Shown here: in pieces, positions 10,458 through 20,855 of the stretch
Layout: every line of letters starts with the position of its first letter
Numbering within the stretch: position 1 is the first letter of the stretch
Assembly: GCA_017538255.1 (NCBI GenBank)
Contig: JAFYJD010000025.1
Span: 25,306 to 89,305 of the forward strand
From: Clostridia bacterium
GTDB lineage: Bacteria > Bacillota > Clostridia > Christensenellales > CAG-138
DNA length: 64,000 nt
Direction of reading: 5' to 3'
Made by a program: the position numbers and the translations under genes
The notes under the pieces: generated by a model
The model's input: only the letters and a program-made list of their open reading frames with translations
The model's database searches: none
Told to the model about the DNA's origin: nothing

Positions 10458-11171
10458 TCACTGCGCTATCTCAAGCGCGATCTTCATCATATCGTTAAAA
10501 GATACCTGGCGTTCCTCAGGAGTGCACTGCACGCCCGGATCGTAAATAAGATCGGATATCGTACAGATGCAGAGCGCGTTCTTGCCCGCTCTTGCGGCGT
10601 TTAAATAGAGACCCGCACTTTCCATCTCGACGGCAAGCACGCCCATCCTTTTCCATTTATCAAGAGCATCCTTATCATCGTCATAGAATGTATCCGCCGA
10701 GAGGATATTGCCGACCTTGTGCCTTACTCCCATCTCACGCGCCTTTTGTACGGCGGCGCTGGCAAGATCAAAACTCGCGATCGGGGCAAATGTGCCTGGA
10801 AGCGAAAACTGCGAAGCAAACGCGGAGTTTGTGCAAGCGCCCATCCCGATCACTATATCGCGCAGTTGAAGCTGCTCGCTTATCGCGCCGGCCGAGCCTA
10901 TCCTGATGATGTTCTCTACGCCGAAGAAATTATAGAGTTCATATGAGTATATACCTATTGACGGGATGCCCATTCCGCTTGCCATTACGGAAACGCGCTT
11001 GCCGTTATACTCGCCCGTGTACCCCTGAACGCCGCGAACGTCGTTCACGAGCACGGGATCTTTAAGGTATGTTTCGGCAACGAAGCGCGAGCGTTTGGGA
11101 TCGCCTGGCATCAACACGGTTTTCGCAAAATCTTCGGGCCTTGCCGCTATATGAGGAGTTGGATAACTCAA
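10458..11171 (-). CDS. deoD: Purine nucleoside phosphorylase, DeoD type
   Basis: PTPHI, LMPGDP, SGMGIPSIGIYSYEL, AVEMES. Confidence 0.96.
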   Translation of the reverse strand: MSYPTPHIAARPEDFAKTVLMPGDPKRSRFVAETYLKDPVLVNDVRGVQGYTGEYNGKRVSVMASGMGIPSIGIYSYELYNFFGVENIIRIGSAGAISEQLQLRDIVIGMGACTNSAFASQFSLPGTFAPIASFDLASAAVQKAREMGVRHKVGNILSADTFYDDDKDALDKWKRMGVLAVEMESAGLYLNAARAGKNALCICTISDLIYDPGVQCTPEERQVSFNDMMKIALEIAQ

Positions 11172-11286
11172 TGATATCTACCTCGCTTGTTAATAGTCTA
11201 TTATATTATAGCACAGATTTTTGGCGTTTTCAAGCAATCTGATAAGCAGTATATTTTGAAAACGGGCTGTTTTTTTGATTTCGGTG

Positions 11287-11315
11287 TTGACTTTATGGAA
11301 AGTATTGAGTATAAT
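11287..11315 (+). promoter_or_regulatory. Sigma-A promoter of rpsU
   Basis: TTGACT-17 nt-TATAAT. Confidence 0.75.
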
Positions 11316-11390
11316 AACTATCTGCACGGCTTAAAATCTTTTGGCCGTCCTAAAATCAACCATTCCCGCACGAGAGGGGGGAAACTGTAA

Positions 11391-11561
11391 ATGGAAATTC
11401 GTGTTGGCGAAAACGAGTCTTTGGAAAGCGCAATCAAGCGTTGGAAGCGTAAATGCGCTCGTTCCGGTATCCTTGCCGATGCAAGAAAACGCGAACACTA
11501 TGAGAAGCCCAGCGTAAAGCGTAAGAAGAAGGCTGAGGCTGCAAGGAAGCGCAAGTATTGA
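11391..11561 (+). CDS. rpsU: 30S ribosomal protein S21 (not in the ORF track)
   Basis: [56 protein letters not shown]. Confidence 0.97.
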   Translation: MEIRVGENESLESAIKRWKRKCARSGILADARKREHYEKPSVKRKKKAEAARKRKY

Positions 11562-11577
11562 TCAATACTATACATTT

Positions 11578-11599
11578 GGGACGGATTTGCCGTCCCTTT
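11578..11599 (+). terminator. Terminator after rpsU
   Basis: gggacgg-atttg-ccgtccc-ttt. Confidence 0.65.
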
Positions 11600-11687
11600 C
11601 CTTATAGCAATCAACGGTTTGCTCTTTAAAAACTCGCAAAACTGTGTTATAATGATTACCGCTGAATAAATCTTCGGAGGCTTTTTG

Positions 11688-12566
11688 ATGATCCGCAGTA
11701 TGACAGGATTCGGTCACGCCGCGCTTAACGCCGACGGCAGAGAACTGACGCTTGAGTTAAAATCCGTAAACCACAGGTTCCTTGACATATCTTTTCGTAT
11801 GCCCCGCTCCTTTGCGTTTTTGGAGGATGCGCTGCGCGGCGAGATTGCCGCGCTTATCTCAAGGGGGCATATCGACGTCTATGCATACTACTCCAATAAA
11901 CGCAGCGATTCCAAATCCATAGTGGTCGACAAGGCGCTTCTTAACGCGTATCTCGATGCTTCAAAGGCCCTGAACGATGAGTTCGGGTTCAGCGAGGATT
12001 GGACCGTTTCAAAAGTATTCCGTCTTTCCGATGTGATATCGGTTGAGGAAGCGGATGAAGATCGCGATGCGCTCAAAGAACTCGCGCTTTCGGCAGTACG
12101 CGCCGCCGCGGCCGAACTTATAAATATGCGCGCAAGCGAAGGCGAACGCATCGGCGAAGACCTGAAGGCTCGGATCGCCGTGCTTGAAACGATACGAGAA
12201 AATATCTCCGAACGGGCGCTTATGGTCGTTGACGAATACCGCGCAAAACTCAACGCGAGGATCGAAAACCTGCTTTCGGAAGTCGAGATCGATCGCGCCC
12301 GCCTTGCGACTGAGATCGCTTTGTTTGCTGACAAAGCCAATATAGACGAAGAACTTGTGCGCTTGAAGAGCCACTTCACCGCCGTTCTCGATCTTCTGTC
12401 GTACAGCGAGCCCGTCGGACGAAAACTCGATTTTCTTGTTCAGGAAATGAACCGTGAGTTCAACACAATAGGCTCCAAAGCAAACGATAAGGCAATCAGC
12501 GCGCTTGTTATCGACGGCAAGGCCGAAATAGAAAAACTGCGTGAGCAGGTGCAGAATCTTGAATGA
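11688..12566 (+). CDS. yicC: YicC/YloC family endoribonuclease
   Basis: MIRSMTGFG, KSVNHRFLD, GRKLDFLVQEMNREFNTIGSK, EKLREQVQNLE. Confidence 0.95.
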   Translation: MIRSMTGFGHAALNADGRELTLELKSVNHRFLDISFRMPRSFAFLEDALRGEIAALISRGHIDVYAYYSNKRSDSKSIVVDKALLNAYLDASKALNDEFGFSEDWTVSKVFRLSDVISVEEADEDRDALKELALSAVRAAAAELINMRASEGERIGEDLKARIAVLETIRENISERALMVVDEYRAKLNARIENLLSEVEIDRARLATEIALFADKANIDEELVRLKSHFTAVLDLLSYSEPVGRKLDFLVQEMNREFNTIGSKANDKAISALVIDGKAEIEKLREQVQNLE

Positions 12567-12590
12567 TTAAACTCTGTCAGGAGGTAAAAT

Positions 12591-13226
12591 ATGAGCATGG
12601 ATATCCCCTGCCGCAAAGGCCGCCTTATAGTGCTTTCGGGTCCTTCCGGCGTTGGGAAAGGCACTATCGGTTCAAGACTTATAGCGGAAAGTAACGACCT
12701 TTGCTTCTCAGTTTCCGCGACCACGCGCCCTATGCGCGAAGGCGAGGTTGATGGCGTAAACTACTACTTCAAGACCATTGACGAGTTTCAGAGAATGATC
12801 GACAATGGTGAGTTTCTTGAGTATATGAACGTTTTTGGCCGCAACTACTACGGAACTCCGCGCGCGTTTGTTGAAGAAAAACTCAACAGCGGTATAAGCG
12901 TGCTTCTTGATATCGATGTAAACGGCGCGATGGTCGTCAAAGATAACTATCCCGAAGCCGTGATGATTTTCATCGCTCCCCCGTCCCTTGCGGAACTCCA
13001 CCGCCGCCTTGTCGGCCGCGGGACCGATACGCCCGAAGCGATCGAGCGTCGATTCGGCGAAGCAAAGAGCGAACTTGCTCTGCTTCATAAATACGACTAT
13101 GTTGTCGTAAACGACGATCTCGAACTTGCAGTGCAGGATGTGTTCGGCATTCTGAGGACGACGGCGCTTTCCGATCCCGTCAGGATGCAGGAGCTGTTTG
13201 AACTGCTTAATTCCGAACCCGTATAA
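12591..13226 (+). CDS. gmk: Guanylate kinase
   Basis: LSGPSGVGKGT, SVSATTRPMREGEVDGVNYYF, YYGTP. Confidence 0.97.
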   Translation: MSMDIPCRKGRLIVLSGPSGVGKGTIGSRLIAESNDLCFSVSATTRPMREGEVDGVNYYFKTIDEFQRMIDNGEFLEYMNVFGRNYYGTPRAFVEEKLNSGISVLLDIDVNGAMVVKDNYPEAVMIFIAPPSLAELHRRLVGRGTDTPEAIERRFGEAKSELALLHKYDYVVVNDDLELAVQDVFGILRTTALSDPVRMQELFELLNSEPV

Positions 13227-13247
13227 TCACCCTTGGAGGATATGAAT

Positions 13248-13466
13248 ATGAACCGTCAAATGAACCACCCCCCCGTATTTGAACTTGAAAAGAAGGCCGG
13301 CTGCCGCTATATGCTCGTAACTTCCGTTGCTAAGCGTGCAAGGCAGATCATCGCAAAGGATGCGGAGTCCGATATCAAGCCCGTTACACGCGCGATCGAA
13401 GAAATGTATAACGACGAACTCGAGCTCAAATACCCTTCCGAGTACTTCCAGACTTCCGAAAAATAA
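13248..13466 (+). CDS. rpoZ: RNA polymerase omega subunit
   Basis: RYMLVTSVAKRARQI, KPVTRAIEE; position after gmk. Confidence 0.9.
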   Translation: MNRQMNHPPVFELEKKAGCRYMLVTSVAKRARQIIAKDAESDIKPVTRAIEEMYNDELELKYPSEYFQTSEK

Positions 13467-13514
13467 GCCCTGCGGCTTATCATACGCCAAATCAATACAG
13501 AACGGAGCCTTGTT

Positions 13515-15770
13515 ATGATCGCCAAAGTGATTATCGATATCGCAAACACGAATGTAGACAGGCTCTATTCTTATTGTATTCCGGACGGTATGCCGATATC
13601 CCCCGGTCAGCGCGTGCTCGTCCCATTTGGGCGCGGCAACAAACCTACCGAGGGATTTGTCATTCTGTTGACCGAGGATGCTGATGTGGGTATCGAACTT
13701 AAAAGCGTAATCAGGCCGCTTGAAAACTATACCGTTCTTTTGGATGAGCAGCTCGCGCTTGCCTCGTGGATAAGCCGCGCCTACCGATGCACAAAAGCGG
13801 ACGCGCTTCGCATTATGATACCGGCAAAACTCCGCGGCGCTCGCGTCAAGGAAAAGACTGTGCGCACGATCCGTCTTGATCCAAATGCGGACGTCGACGC
13901 GTTTATGACAACTCTCTGCAAAAAAGACGGTACTCCGAAGGCTCCAAAGCAGGTCGAAGTACTCGACCTTGTTAAAAACTGTGGCTTGGAGTTGACGCGC
14001 GCCGATATAAACTCTATCATACCGGGCGCCGCATCAGCGTTGAACGCGCTTGTAAAAAAGAGCATACTGATAGAAACTGACCGCGAAACATACCGCGATC
14101 CGTTCCTCGGCAGAAAGATAAAACGCACCGCGCCCTTTGAACTTCTCGACGATCAAAGAGCCGCGCTTGATAAGATCAACTCCGCACCTTCGGGAAGTGT
14201 GCTGCTTCTTCACGGCGTAACGGGCAGTGGAAAGACCGAGGTCTATATGCAGGCGATCTCGAGCGCGCTTTCTATAGGCGGCGGAGCGATAGTGCTTGTT
14301 CCCGAAATATCGCTTACACCGCAGACGACTGACCGATTCCGCGGCAGATTCGGTGATACCGTGGCGGTGCTTCACAGCCATTTGAGCGACGGCGAACGCT
14401 TTGACGAATGGCGGCGCATCCGCTTTTCCCGCGCACGAGTAGTTGTCGGCGCACGCTCGGCAGTGTTCGCGCCGATCGAGGGTCTTAAACTCATAATAAT
14501 CGACGAGGAGCACGAGCCAAGTTATCAGTCTGAGATAACGCCTAAATACTCCGCCGTGGAGGTCGCCAAACGGCGCGCTGCAATAACGGGAGCAAGGCTC
14601 TTACTCGGCAGCGCTACACCGTCATTGACCAGTTATTACCGCGCAAAACGCAAGCAATATACGCTTTTGGAGATGCCGAACAGAATAAACGGCGTTCCAA
14701 TGCCTCGGGTGGACGTTGTGGATATGCGCACCGAGTTTCTTGCAGGCAACAACAGCATATTTTCAAAAGCGCTTTCAGACGCCGTTACCTCCTGCGTTGA
14801 ACGCGGCGAACAGGCGATACTCTTTTTAAACAGACGCGGTTATTCATCGCACGCCGAATGCCGTGCCTGCGGATTCGTGTTCACCTGCCGAAACTGCGAC
14901 GTTGCGCTGACATACCACAAATATGACAACACGCTGCGTTGCCACTACTGCGGAGAGGTACTTCCTATGCCCCGCCTCTGCCCTGAATGCGGGAGCGAGT
15001 TTATAAAATACATGGGCATCGGCACCCAACAGGTCGAAGAGCAGTTAAAAGGCATACTTCCGAATGTCAAAACTCTCCGTATGGACACCGACACTACAAG
15101 CGGCAAGAATGCGCATAGAGATCTGCTTGACGCGTTCACGCGAGGCGAAGCGGATGTACTAATAGGCACGCAGATGGTCGCAAAAGGCCTTGATATCCCA
15201 AACGTAACGCTCGTTGGAGTCGTATTCGCGGATTCAACGCTGTTTCATTCCGATTACCGAAGCAGCGAGCGCACCTTTCAGCTGCTTACACAGGTCGCGG
15301 GCAGAGCGGGGCGTGCCGAAAAAGAAGGCCGCGTTATCATCCAGACCAACGCGCCCGAGCACCGCGCGATCGCGCTTTGCACCAAGCACGATTATATAGG
15401 GTTTTACAATATCGAGATCGGCGACCGTATGCATACCCTATTCCCGCCGTTTTCGTTCTTTGTTCGCTCGATGTTCGTTTCGCGCTCCGAAAGCGCCGCC
15501 TCAAAATCGGCCGAACGCTTTGCCGAGACCGTCAGCGAGAGACTTTTAGCCGCGCTCTCCCCCATCGGTGCGGAGAAAGAACTCTTGCTGATAATGAACG
15601 GCGCCGCTCCGATAAAGCGTCGGGATGGTGAATATCGATACGCGGTTATAATCAAACTTTTACGAAGCGTACACTCCTCAATGGCGCTTGATATCATATT
15701 CAGCGCCGCCGACGAAATCGACAGCGAATGCTATCGGGGTACCGAGGTCAACCCGCAGGATATGCTTTGA
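13515..15770 (+). CDS. priA: Primosomal protein N' (replication restart helicase)
   Basis: LHGVTGSGKTEVY, LVPEISLTPQ, IIDEEHE, CxxC clusters, GTQMVAKGLD, QVAGRAGR. Confidence 0.97.
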   Translation: MIAKVIIDIANTNVDRLYSYCIPDGMPISPGQRVLVPFGRGNKPTEGFVILLTEDADVGIELKSVIRPLENYTVLLDEQLALASWISRAYRCTKADALRIMIPAKLRGARVKEKTVRTIRLDPNADVDAFMTTLCKKDGTPKAPKQVEVLDLVKNCGLELTRADINSIIPGAASALNALVKKSILIETDRETYRDPFLGRKIKRTAPFELLDDQRAALDKINSAPSGSVLLLHGVTGSGKTEVYMQAISSALSIGGGAIVLVPEISLTPQTTDRFRGRFGDTVAVLHSHLSDGERFDEWRRIRFSRARVVVGARSAVFAPIEGLKLIIIDEEHEPSYQSEITPKYSAVEVAKRRAAITGARLLLGSATPSLTSYYRAKRKQYTLLEMPNRINGVPMPRVDVVDMRTEFLAGNNSIFSKALSDAVTSCVERGEQAILFLNRRGYSSHAECRACGFVFTCRNCDVALTYHKYDNTLRCHYCGEVLPMPRLCPECGSEFIKYMGIGTQQVEEQLKGILPNVKTLRMDTDTTSGKNAHRDLLDAFTRGEADVLIGTQMVAKGLDIPNVTLVGVVFADSTLFHSDYRSSERTFQLLTQVAGRAGRAEKEGRVIIQTNAPEHRAIALCTKHDYIGFYNIEIGDRMHTLFPPFSFFVRSMFVSRSESAASKSAERFAETVSERLLAALSPIGAEKELLLIMNGAAPIKRRDGEYRYAVIIKLLRSVHSSMALDIIFSAADEIDSECYRGTEVNPQDML

Positions 15771-15856
15771 TAATATATTGCTTATTTGATGCAAATAATG
15801 TTGACTTTCACCCTTGTTATGTTATAAAATTATCTTGTATAAATCCCAATGTGCAA

Positions 15857-15872
15857 CCACAATATGTTGTGG
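15857..15872. promoter_or_regulatory. Palindromic operator resembling an NrdR box, upstream of rubrerythrin
   Basis: CCACAATATGTTGTGG, downstream of a TTGACT/TATAAA promoter (15801-15828). Confidence 0.5.
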
Positions 15873-15906
15873 CAGGCGCAAATCTAAATTATTGGAGGAA
15901 AAAACA

Positions 15907-16449
15907 ATGAAAAAATTCGTATGTTCCGTATGCGGCTATGTCTATGAAGGCAACAATCCCCCCGCAGAATGCCCCCAGTGCCATGCTCCCGCGTCCAAGT
16001 TCACCGAGCAGAGCGGCGAACTCTCCTGGGCTGCAGAACATGTAGTCGGCGTAGCCGAGGGCGCACCCGAGGATATCATCAACGATCTTCGCATGAACTT
16101 CCAGGGCGAATGCACCGAAGTCGGTATGTACCTTGCTATGGCTCGCGTTGCTCACCGCGAGGGCTATCCCGAGATCGGTCTGTACTGGGAGAAGGCTGCC
16201 TATGAAGAAGCCGGGCATGCTGCCAAGTTTGCGGAACTCCTCGGCGAAGTCGTTACCCCCTGCACCAAGAAGAACCTTGAGATGCGTGTTGAGGCCGAGA
16301 ACGGTGCAACCGCAGGCAAAGTTGACCTTGCAAAGCGCGCAAAGGCGCTGAACCTCGACGCTATCCATGACACCGTTCACGAGATGGCTCGCGACGAAGC
16401 CCGCCACGGCAAGGCATTTAAGGGTCTTCTTGACAGGTACTTCAACTAA
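15907..16449 (+). CDS. rbr: Reverse rubrerythrin (NADH peroxidase; N-terminal rubredoxin plus ferritin-like domain)
   Basis: [16 protein letters not shown], then EEAGH and DEARH di-iron motifs; RBS ggagg. Confidence 0.95.
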   Translation: MKKFVCSVCGYVYEGNNPPAECPQCHAPASKFTEQSGELSWAAEHVVGVAEGAPEDIINDLRMNFQGECTEVGMYLAMARVAHREGYPEIGLYWEKAAYEEAGHAAKFAELLGEVVTPCTKKNLEMRVEAENGATAGKVDLAKRAKALNLDAIHDTVHEMARDEARHGKAFKGLLDRYFN

Positions 16450-16675
16450 TAGTTCTCACAAGAGTCAACGATTGATTCTTACGGCATTGGTGCTGGCTGC
16501 CTCATTTGGTTCAGCGCCAATGCCGCTTCTATGATGGACACATCGTCCTTATTCTCTTGACCGCAAAGAATCGCTCTGAAGCGTTTTAAAGCAAGGTGTT
16601 TGAGTATCTGCTCAGAAGTTTTTGCAAATATATGGCAATGCATTGGATTTGATGTGTGGTTTTATGAGGTGTATT

Positions 16676-17365
16676 ATGAATGATCCGAATCTTGAAGCGC
16701 TTTGGTTCTATACTGCGGCGGATTATCTTCTTATTAACGCTTTTTTGTGGCGCAACACAGAAGCACTTGCTCCCTGCCTTGAGTTAGTTTACAATAATAA
16801 TCTTTCTGTGATACAGGAGGTTGAGAAACTAACTCCAGAAAAACGCTTCGCTTTTACCGGCTTTGATTGCAATGCGCTCTATGAAGTTTATAAGCGGCGC
16901 ACACCATTTAGTTTAACCGCATTTTCAAAGCGCAAAATGCTTGAACAGGCCATCGATGATATCCGCACGATCTGCTCTGCCGCAATGCCCGTTTCGGAAG
17001 ATTTGCTCCTATTCAGAAATGTCAATGCTCGTTTTATGTTGAATGCAGAGCAAAATGATACCGTTGCGCTTTTGGGGCTTACCAGCACCAGCAATACAGG
17101 ACAACTTATAGATTACGGTAATAATGATTATCTTTCTCCTGCGCAGATACTCAAAATATGTGTTCCGCGTCATTTCCCGGCAGTTTCCTTTGTTAATAGC
17201 GAAAACGAAGTTATACTTCCGCCGATGGAATATCGCGTACTGTCGTCAACTATGCGCGATAACGTGTCCATCATCGAACTTCAAGCCATCGGTTCGCTTG
17301 ATATAGAAAGTCTTATCTCTACATCAAAGGATGTCTTTTCTGAGTACTTCTATAACGAACAATAG
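16676..17365 (+). CDS. ADP-ribosyltransferase, R-S-E clade (VIP2/C3/Alt-like domain)
   Basis: ALWFYTAADYLLINAFLW (YT..Y..IN), LLFRNV (R), LTSTS (STS), SENEVILPP (ExE); RBS gaggt. Confidence 0.8.
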   Translation: MNDPNLEALWFYTAADYLLINAFLWRNTEALAPCLELVYNNNLSVIQEVEKLTPEKRFAFTGFDCNALYEVYKRRTPFSLTAFSKRKMLEQAIDDIRTICSAAMPVSEDLLLFRNVNARFMLNAEQNDTVALLGLTSTSNTGQLIDYGNNDYLSPAQILKICVPRHFPAVSFVNSENEVILPPMEYRVLSSTMRDNVSIIELQAIGSLDIESLISTSKDVFSEYFYNEQ

Positions 17366-17498
17366 CATATTGGTGTCGTTGTGCTTATATTTGTGATTTA
17401 ATCACATGACGGTATTGAACATTCAACAATTCAAGTGTATAATTAAATCAAGCAAGCGAACGTGTTTGTGAAATTATATTGCGGAAAGGAGAATTATT

Positions 17499-17633
17499 AT
17501 GAAATACGTTTGCAAGGTTTGCGGCTGGATCTATGACGAAGAGGAGCAAGGCACGAAGTGGGAGGATCTTCCCGATGATTTCGTGTGCGAACTGTGCGGC
17601 GTTGGCAAAGACGAGTTTGTTCCCGCCGAATAA
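17499..17633 (+). CDS. rub: Rubredoxin (not in the ORF track)
   Basis: [44 protein letters not shown]; RBS aaagga. Confidence 0.95.
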   Translation: MKYVCKVCGWIYDEEEQGTKWEDLPDDFVCELCGVGKDEFVPAE

Positions 17634-17645
17634 TTTGTTTTGACC

Positions 17646-17679
17646 ATCAAAAAACCCTGCTTTTGCAGGGTTTTTTGAT
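17646..17679. terminator. Bidirectional terminator
   Basis: atcaaaaaaccctgc-tttt-gcagggttttttgat between convergent genes. Confidence 0.85.
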
Positions 17680-17691
17680 TTCTTATTTCCG

Positions 17692-20600
17692 TTATTCCGC
17701 TCTCAGCGCGAGCACCGGGTCCTTCTTCGCGGCAATGCCGGCCGGGATTAGTCCGGAAATCAAGGTTAGTATCATACTTACAAGCACGAGCACTATTGCC
17801 CCTTTCAGCGGCAGCACCGCCTTTAGATTGGCAATACCTGTAAGTTTTTGCAGTATGATATTCATAAGTATCGTAAGAAGCAGCGTGACGCCGATCCCGA
17901 TAAGACCCGCGAAGAATCCGACTGTCAGCGTTTCGGCATTGAAAACCGAACGTATATCGCGCTTTGATGCGCCGATAGAGCGCAGGATGCCGATCTCCTT
18001 CGTGCGTTCAAGTACGGAGATATAGGTGATTATGCCGATCATAATCGAAGAAACAACAAGCGAAATCGCAACGAATGCGATAAGCCCATAGGATATCGCG
18101 TCGATGATCGTCGTTATGCCCGACATAAGTTTTGCTACATAGTCGGTGTATTCTATCTTGTCGCCTTCTTCGGCACTTTCGTTATAATCCTCGATAGCCT
18201 TCGCCACGGATTCCTTATCCTCAAACGATGAAACATAGATATTGATAGTGTCCGGATCGTCAAAGTCCACAGCGCCAAACTCCTTTAGGCGATCCTTGAG
18301 TGTTGAGGTTGATACCTTTGACGGCATAAACTTATCGTAATAGACTGCAAGTGTATCTTCGCTCTCCCCCGCTATGCGCTCATCGAATATAGCGGCGACC
18401 GCGATATAGCCGCTTGAGCCGAAGATATCTCCGGGTTCCGAATATTGCCGCACCAAACCCGCGACCTCAAACTCGGCGTTCTCCTTGCACTTTTCGACTA
18501 TGATCGCTGTGATCTGTTCTACCATCAATGCGTCCAGTTCATCGTCCGTATAGTCCGCCAGATAATTTTCCATTTCTTCCCTGCTGACTCCAAAAGTGGA
18601 AGCGGCGAGTTCTATACGCGATTCGCGCGTCGGAAACCGCTGTAAATATGAGGCTACGGTCATATCGAGCCCGGCCTTGTCCGGCAGGGCCAGAACGGCG
18701 GTATACATATCCGCCTTTTCAGTATCGTTGAGCGATGCGAAATAGGCTTTTATCTCGCTTGCCTTTGCGCTGTCTGACAGTTCCTGCTGCTGTTCGATTA
18801 TGAACGGCAGCCCCGATACTATATCGATGTTCTTGTTTGCTTCGGATTTCTGTTCGGCTATGAGTTCCGCCGCTTCAGCCTTTTCTATCACATACTCCGT
18901 CAACAGATGCGTATAGCCGAATGCACCGGAAATCTGCATGGCGCCGTTTGATTTGGCCCTGATTATTCCGACGACCGTAAGATCGAAACCGTTTTTGATT
19001 ACAAGATCCATCAGTTTATCGTCGTCGCCGATATACTCCCATTGGTTTTGAGAGGATTCGCTTCGCCTGTACATTTCGTGATTTAGAACGAGTTTAAAAC
19101 TCTTGCCAAGTATCTCGTCATATGCGGCGATCCGAGCGGTCTCCTCTATCTTTTCGCCCTTGAATATGGAAGTCATAATACTTTTGATCTCTTCTGCGTC
19201 GATACATCCAAGAGCATAGAAAGCGGTGTCGCTTATGGAATTGTTTTCATCGACGATCAAAACTATCTCGTTCGCCTTTTCCGCCCAGCGTCCTGCGGCA
19301 AGTTCGTATTTGTCGCGCAGCAGTTCACTAACAAGTTCCCCATCCTTACCCGGCAAAAGTTCAGACCAAAGGTTGGCGCTGCTCATACGCGACGAAACAA
19401 GGTTGAACATACTCATACCCGTTGCGTCATCATCGCTTGACGATGTAAATATCGCCTTTGAGATATCGGCATTGCGATATTCGCCGTCATTGTCCACTAA
19501 GAATACGTTCAATGACGGCTCGTAACCATACTGGACGGCGGAGATCAGTGAGTTGAGTTCCGAACCCTTATCGGCAAGTTTTGCGTCCAGATACTCCTTG
19601 AATGCCGCAATATTGTTCTCTTCGTCGTTTCCCGAGAACGCAGCGTTCAGCATACGGTATATACGCGGATCGGATCGAACAGCATCATCGCGGCTCTCCT
19701 CGCTGCCTGATGTATCGTCGCCCACGTCGAGGAATGTCTTTATAATATTGTTCGGATTCTTTTCAAGCGTTATCGGATACGAAGCGAGCGTGCTTCGCTG
19801 AATATCCGAAACGTAGTTATGTATGCCCGTTGAAAGCGAAAGTATCAGCGCTATACCCGTTATGCCGATAGAACCCGCAAAAGCAGTTAGAAGCGTTCTG
19901 CCTTTTTTTGTCCTGAGATTATTGATGCTCAGCGACAGCGCGGTAAAGAACGACATCGAAGTCTTTTTTCTTTTGATATCGGCATCGGTCTTAAGTTCTG
20001 TTTTCTCGGCATTAGGATCAAAAGCGCGCGTGTCTGAGATTATCTTGCCGTCCTTTAAGCGCACGGTGCGCGTTGCGTACTGATCGGCGAGTTCGCCGTT
20101 GTGCGTTACCATAATAACCAGCCTGTCCTTGGCGACCTGTTGGAGCAGTTCCATAACTTGCACGCTGGTTTCCGAATCAAGCGCACCCGTTGGCTCATCC
20201 GCAAGTAAAACATCCGGGTCGTTGACAAGCGCACGCGCTATCGCAACGCGCTGCATCTGTCCGCCGGACATCTGGTTTGGGCGCTTATGCAGTTGATCGC
20301 CGAGCCCGACCGAGCGCAGCGCTTCCTTTGCGCGGCGTCTGCGCTCCGCTTTGGATACGCCCGATATCGTTAGCGCAAGTTCGACATTTGCCAGCACGCT
20401 TTGATGCGGGATGAGATTATAACTTTGGAATACAAATCCGATCGTATGATTTCTGTAAATATCCCAGTCACGGTCTGAATAGGCTTTTGTTGAAACGGCG
20501 TTAATTATAAGATCGCCGGAATCATACCTGTCAAGCCCCCCGATGATATTAAGCAGCGTTGTCTTGCCCGAGCCGCTCGGGCCGAGCACAGCAACGAACT

Positions 20601-20694
20601 CGCTTTCACGAAAAGCGAGGCTCACATCATCGAGCGCCTTTTGAACAAGGTCTGATGTTTTGTATTGTTTTGAGATATTGCGAAGTTCCAGCAT
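17692..20694 (-). CDS. MacB/FtsX-type fused ABC ATPase-permease
   Basis: [25 protein letters not shown], large extracellular domain, C-terminal [17 protein letters not shown]. Confidence 0.92.
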   Translation of the reverse strand: MLELRNISKQYKTSDLVQKALDDVSLAFRESEFVAVLGPSGSGKTTLLNIIGGLDRYDSGDLIINAVSTKAYSDRDWDIYRNHTIGFVFQSYNLIPHQSVLANVELALTISGVSKAERRRRAKEALRSVGLGDQLHKRPNQMSGGQMQRVAIARALVNDPDVLLADEPTGALDSETSVQVMELLQQVAKDRLVIMVTHNGELADQYATRTVRLKDGKIISDTRAFDPNAEKTELKTDADIKRKKTSMSFFTALSLSINNLRTKKGRTLLTAFAGSIGITGIALILSLSTGIHNYVSDIQRSTLASYPITLEKNPNNIIKTFLDVGDDTSGSEESRDDAVRSDPRIYRMLNAAFSGNDEENNIAAFKEYLDAKLADKGSELNSLISAVQYGYEPSLNVFLVDNDGEYRNADISKAIFTSSSDDDATGMSMFNLVSSRMSSANLWSELLPGKDGELVSELLRDKYELAAGRWAEKANEIVLIVDENNSISDTAFYALGCIDAEEIKSIMTSIFKGEKIEETARIAAYDEILGKSFKLVLNHEMYRRSESSQNQWEYIGDDDKLMDLVIKNGFDLTVVGIIRAKSNGAMQISGAFGYTHLLTEYVIEKAEAAELIAEQKSEANKNIDIVSGLPFIIEQQQELSDSAKASEIKAYFASLNDTEKADMYTAVLALPDKAGLDMTVASYLQRFPTRESRIELAASTFGVSREEMENYLADYTDDELDALMVEQITAIIVEKCKENAEFEVAGLVRQYSEPGDIFGSSGYIAVAAIFDERIAGESEDTLAVYYDKFMPSKVSTSTLKDRLKEFGAVDFDDPDTINIYVSSFEDKESVAKAIEDYNESAEEGDKIEYTDYVAKLMSGITTIIDAISYGLIAFVAISLVVSSIMIGIITYISVLERTKEIGILRSIGASKRDIRSVFNAETLTVGFFAGLIGIGVTLLLTILMNIILQKLTGIANLKAVLPLKGAIVLVLVSMILTLISGLIPAGIAAKKDPVLALRAE

Positions 20695-20855
20695 TTCTGC
20701 CTCCAAGACTTTGTTTGTATCATTATAACACCAAAAGTACGCCTCTATCAACGGATACTCGGAATTGTTGAAAAAATATCACATTTTTCTTCCAAGTTCC
20801 GCACTCATTGATATTTCTATGGACGAATCGGCGGATAACTGCTATAATACTCAAT

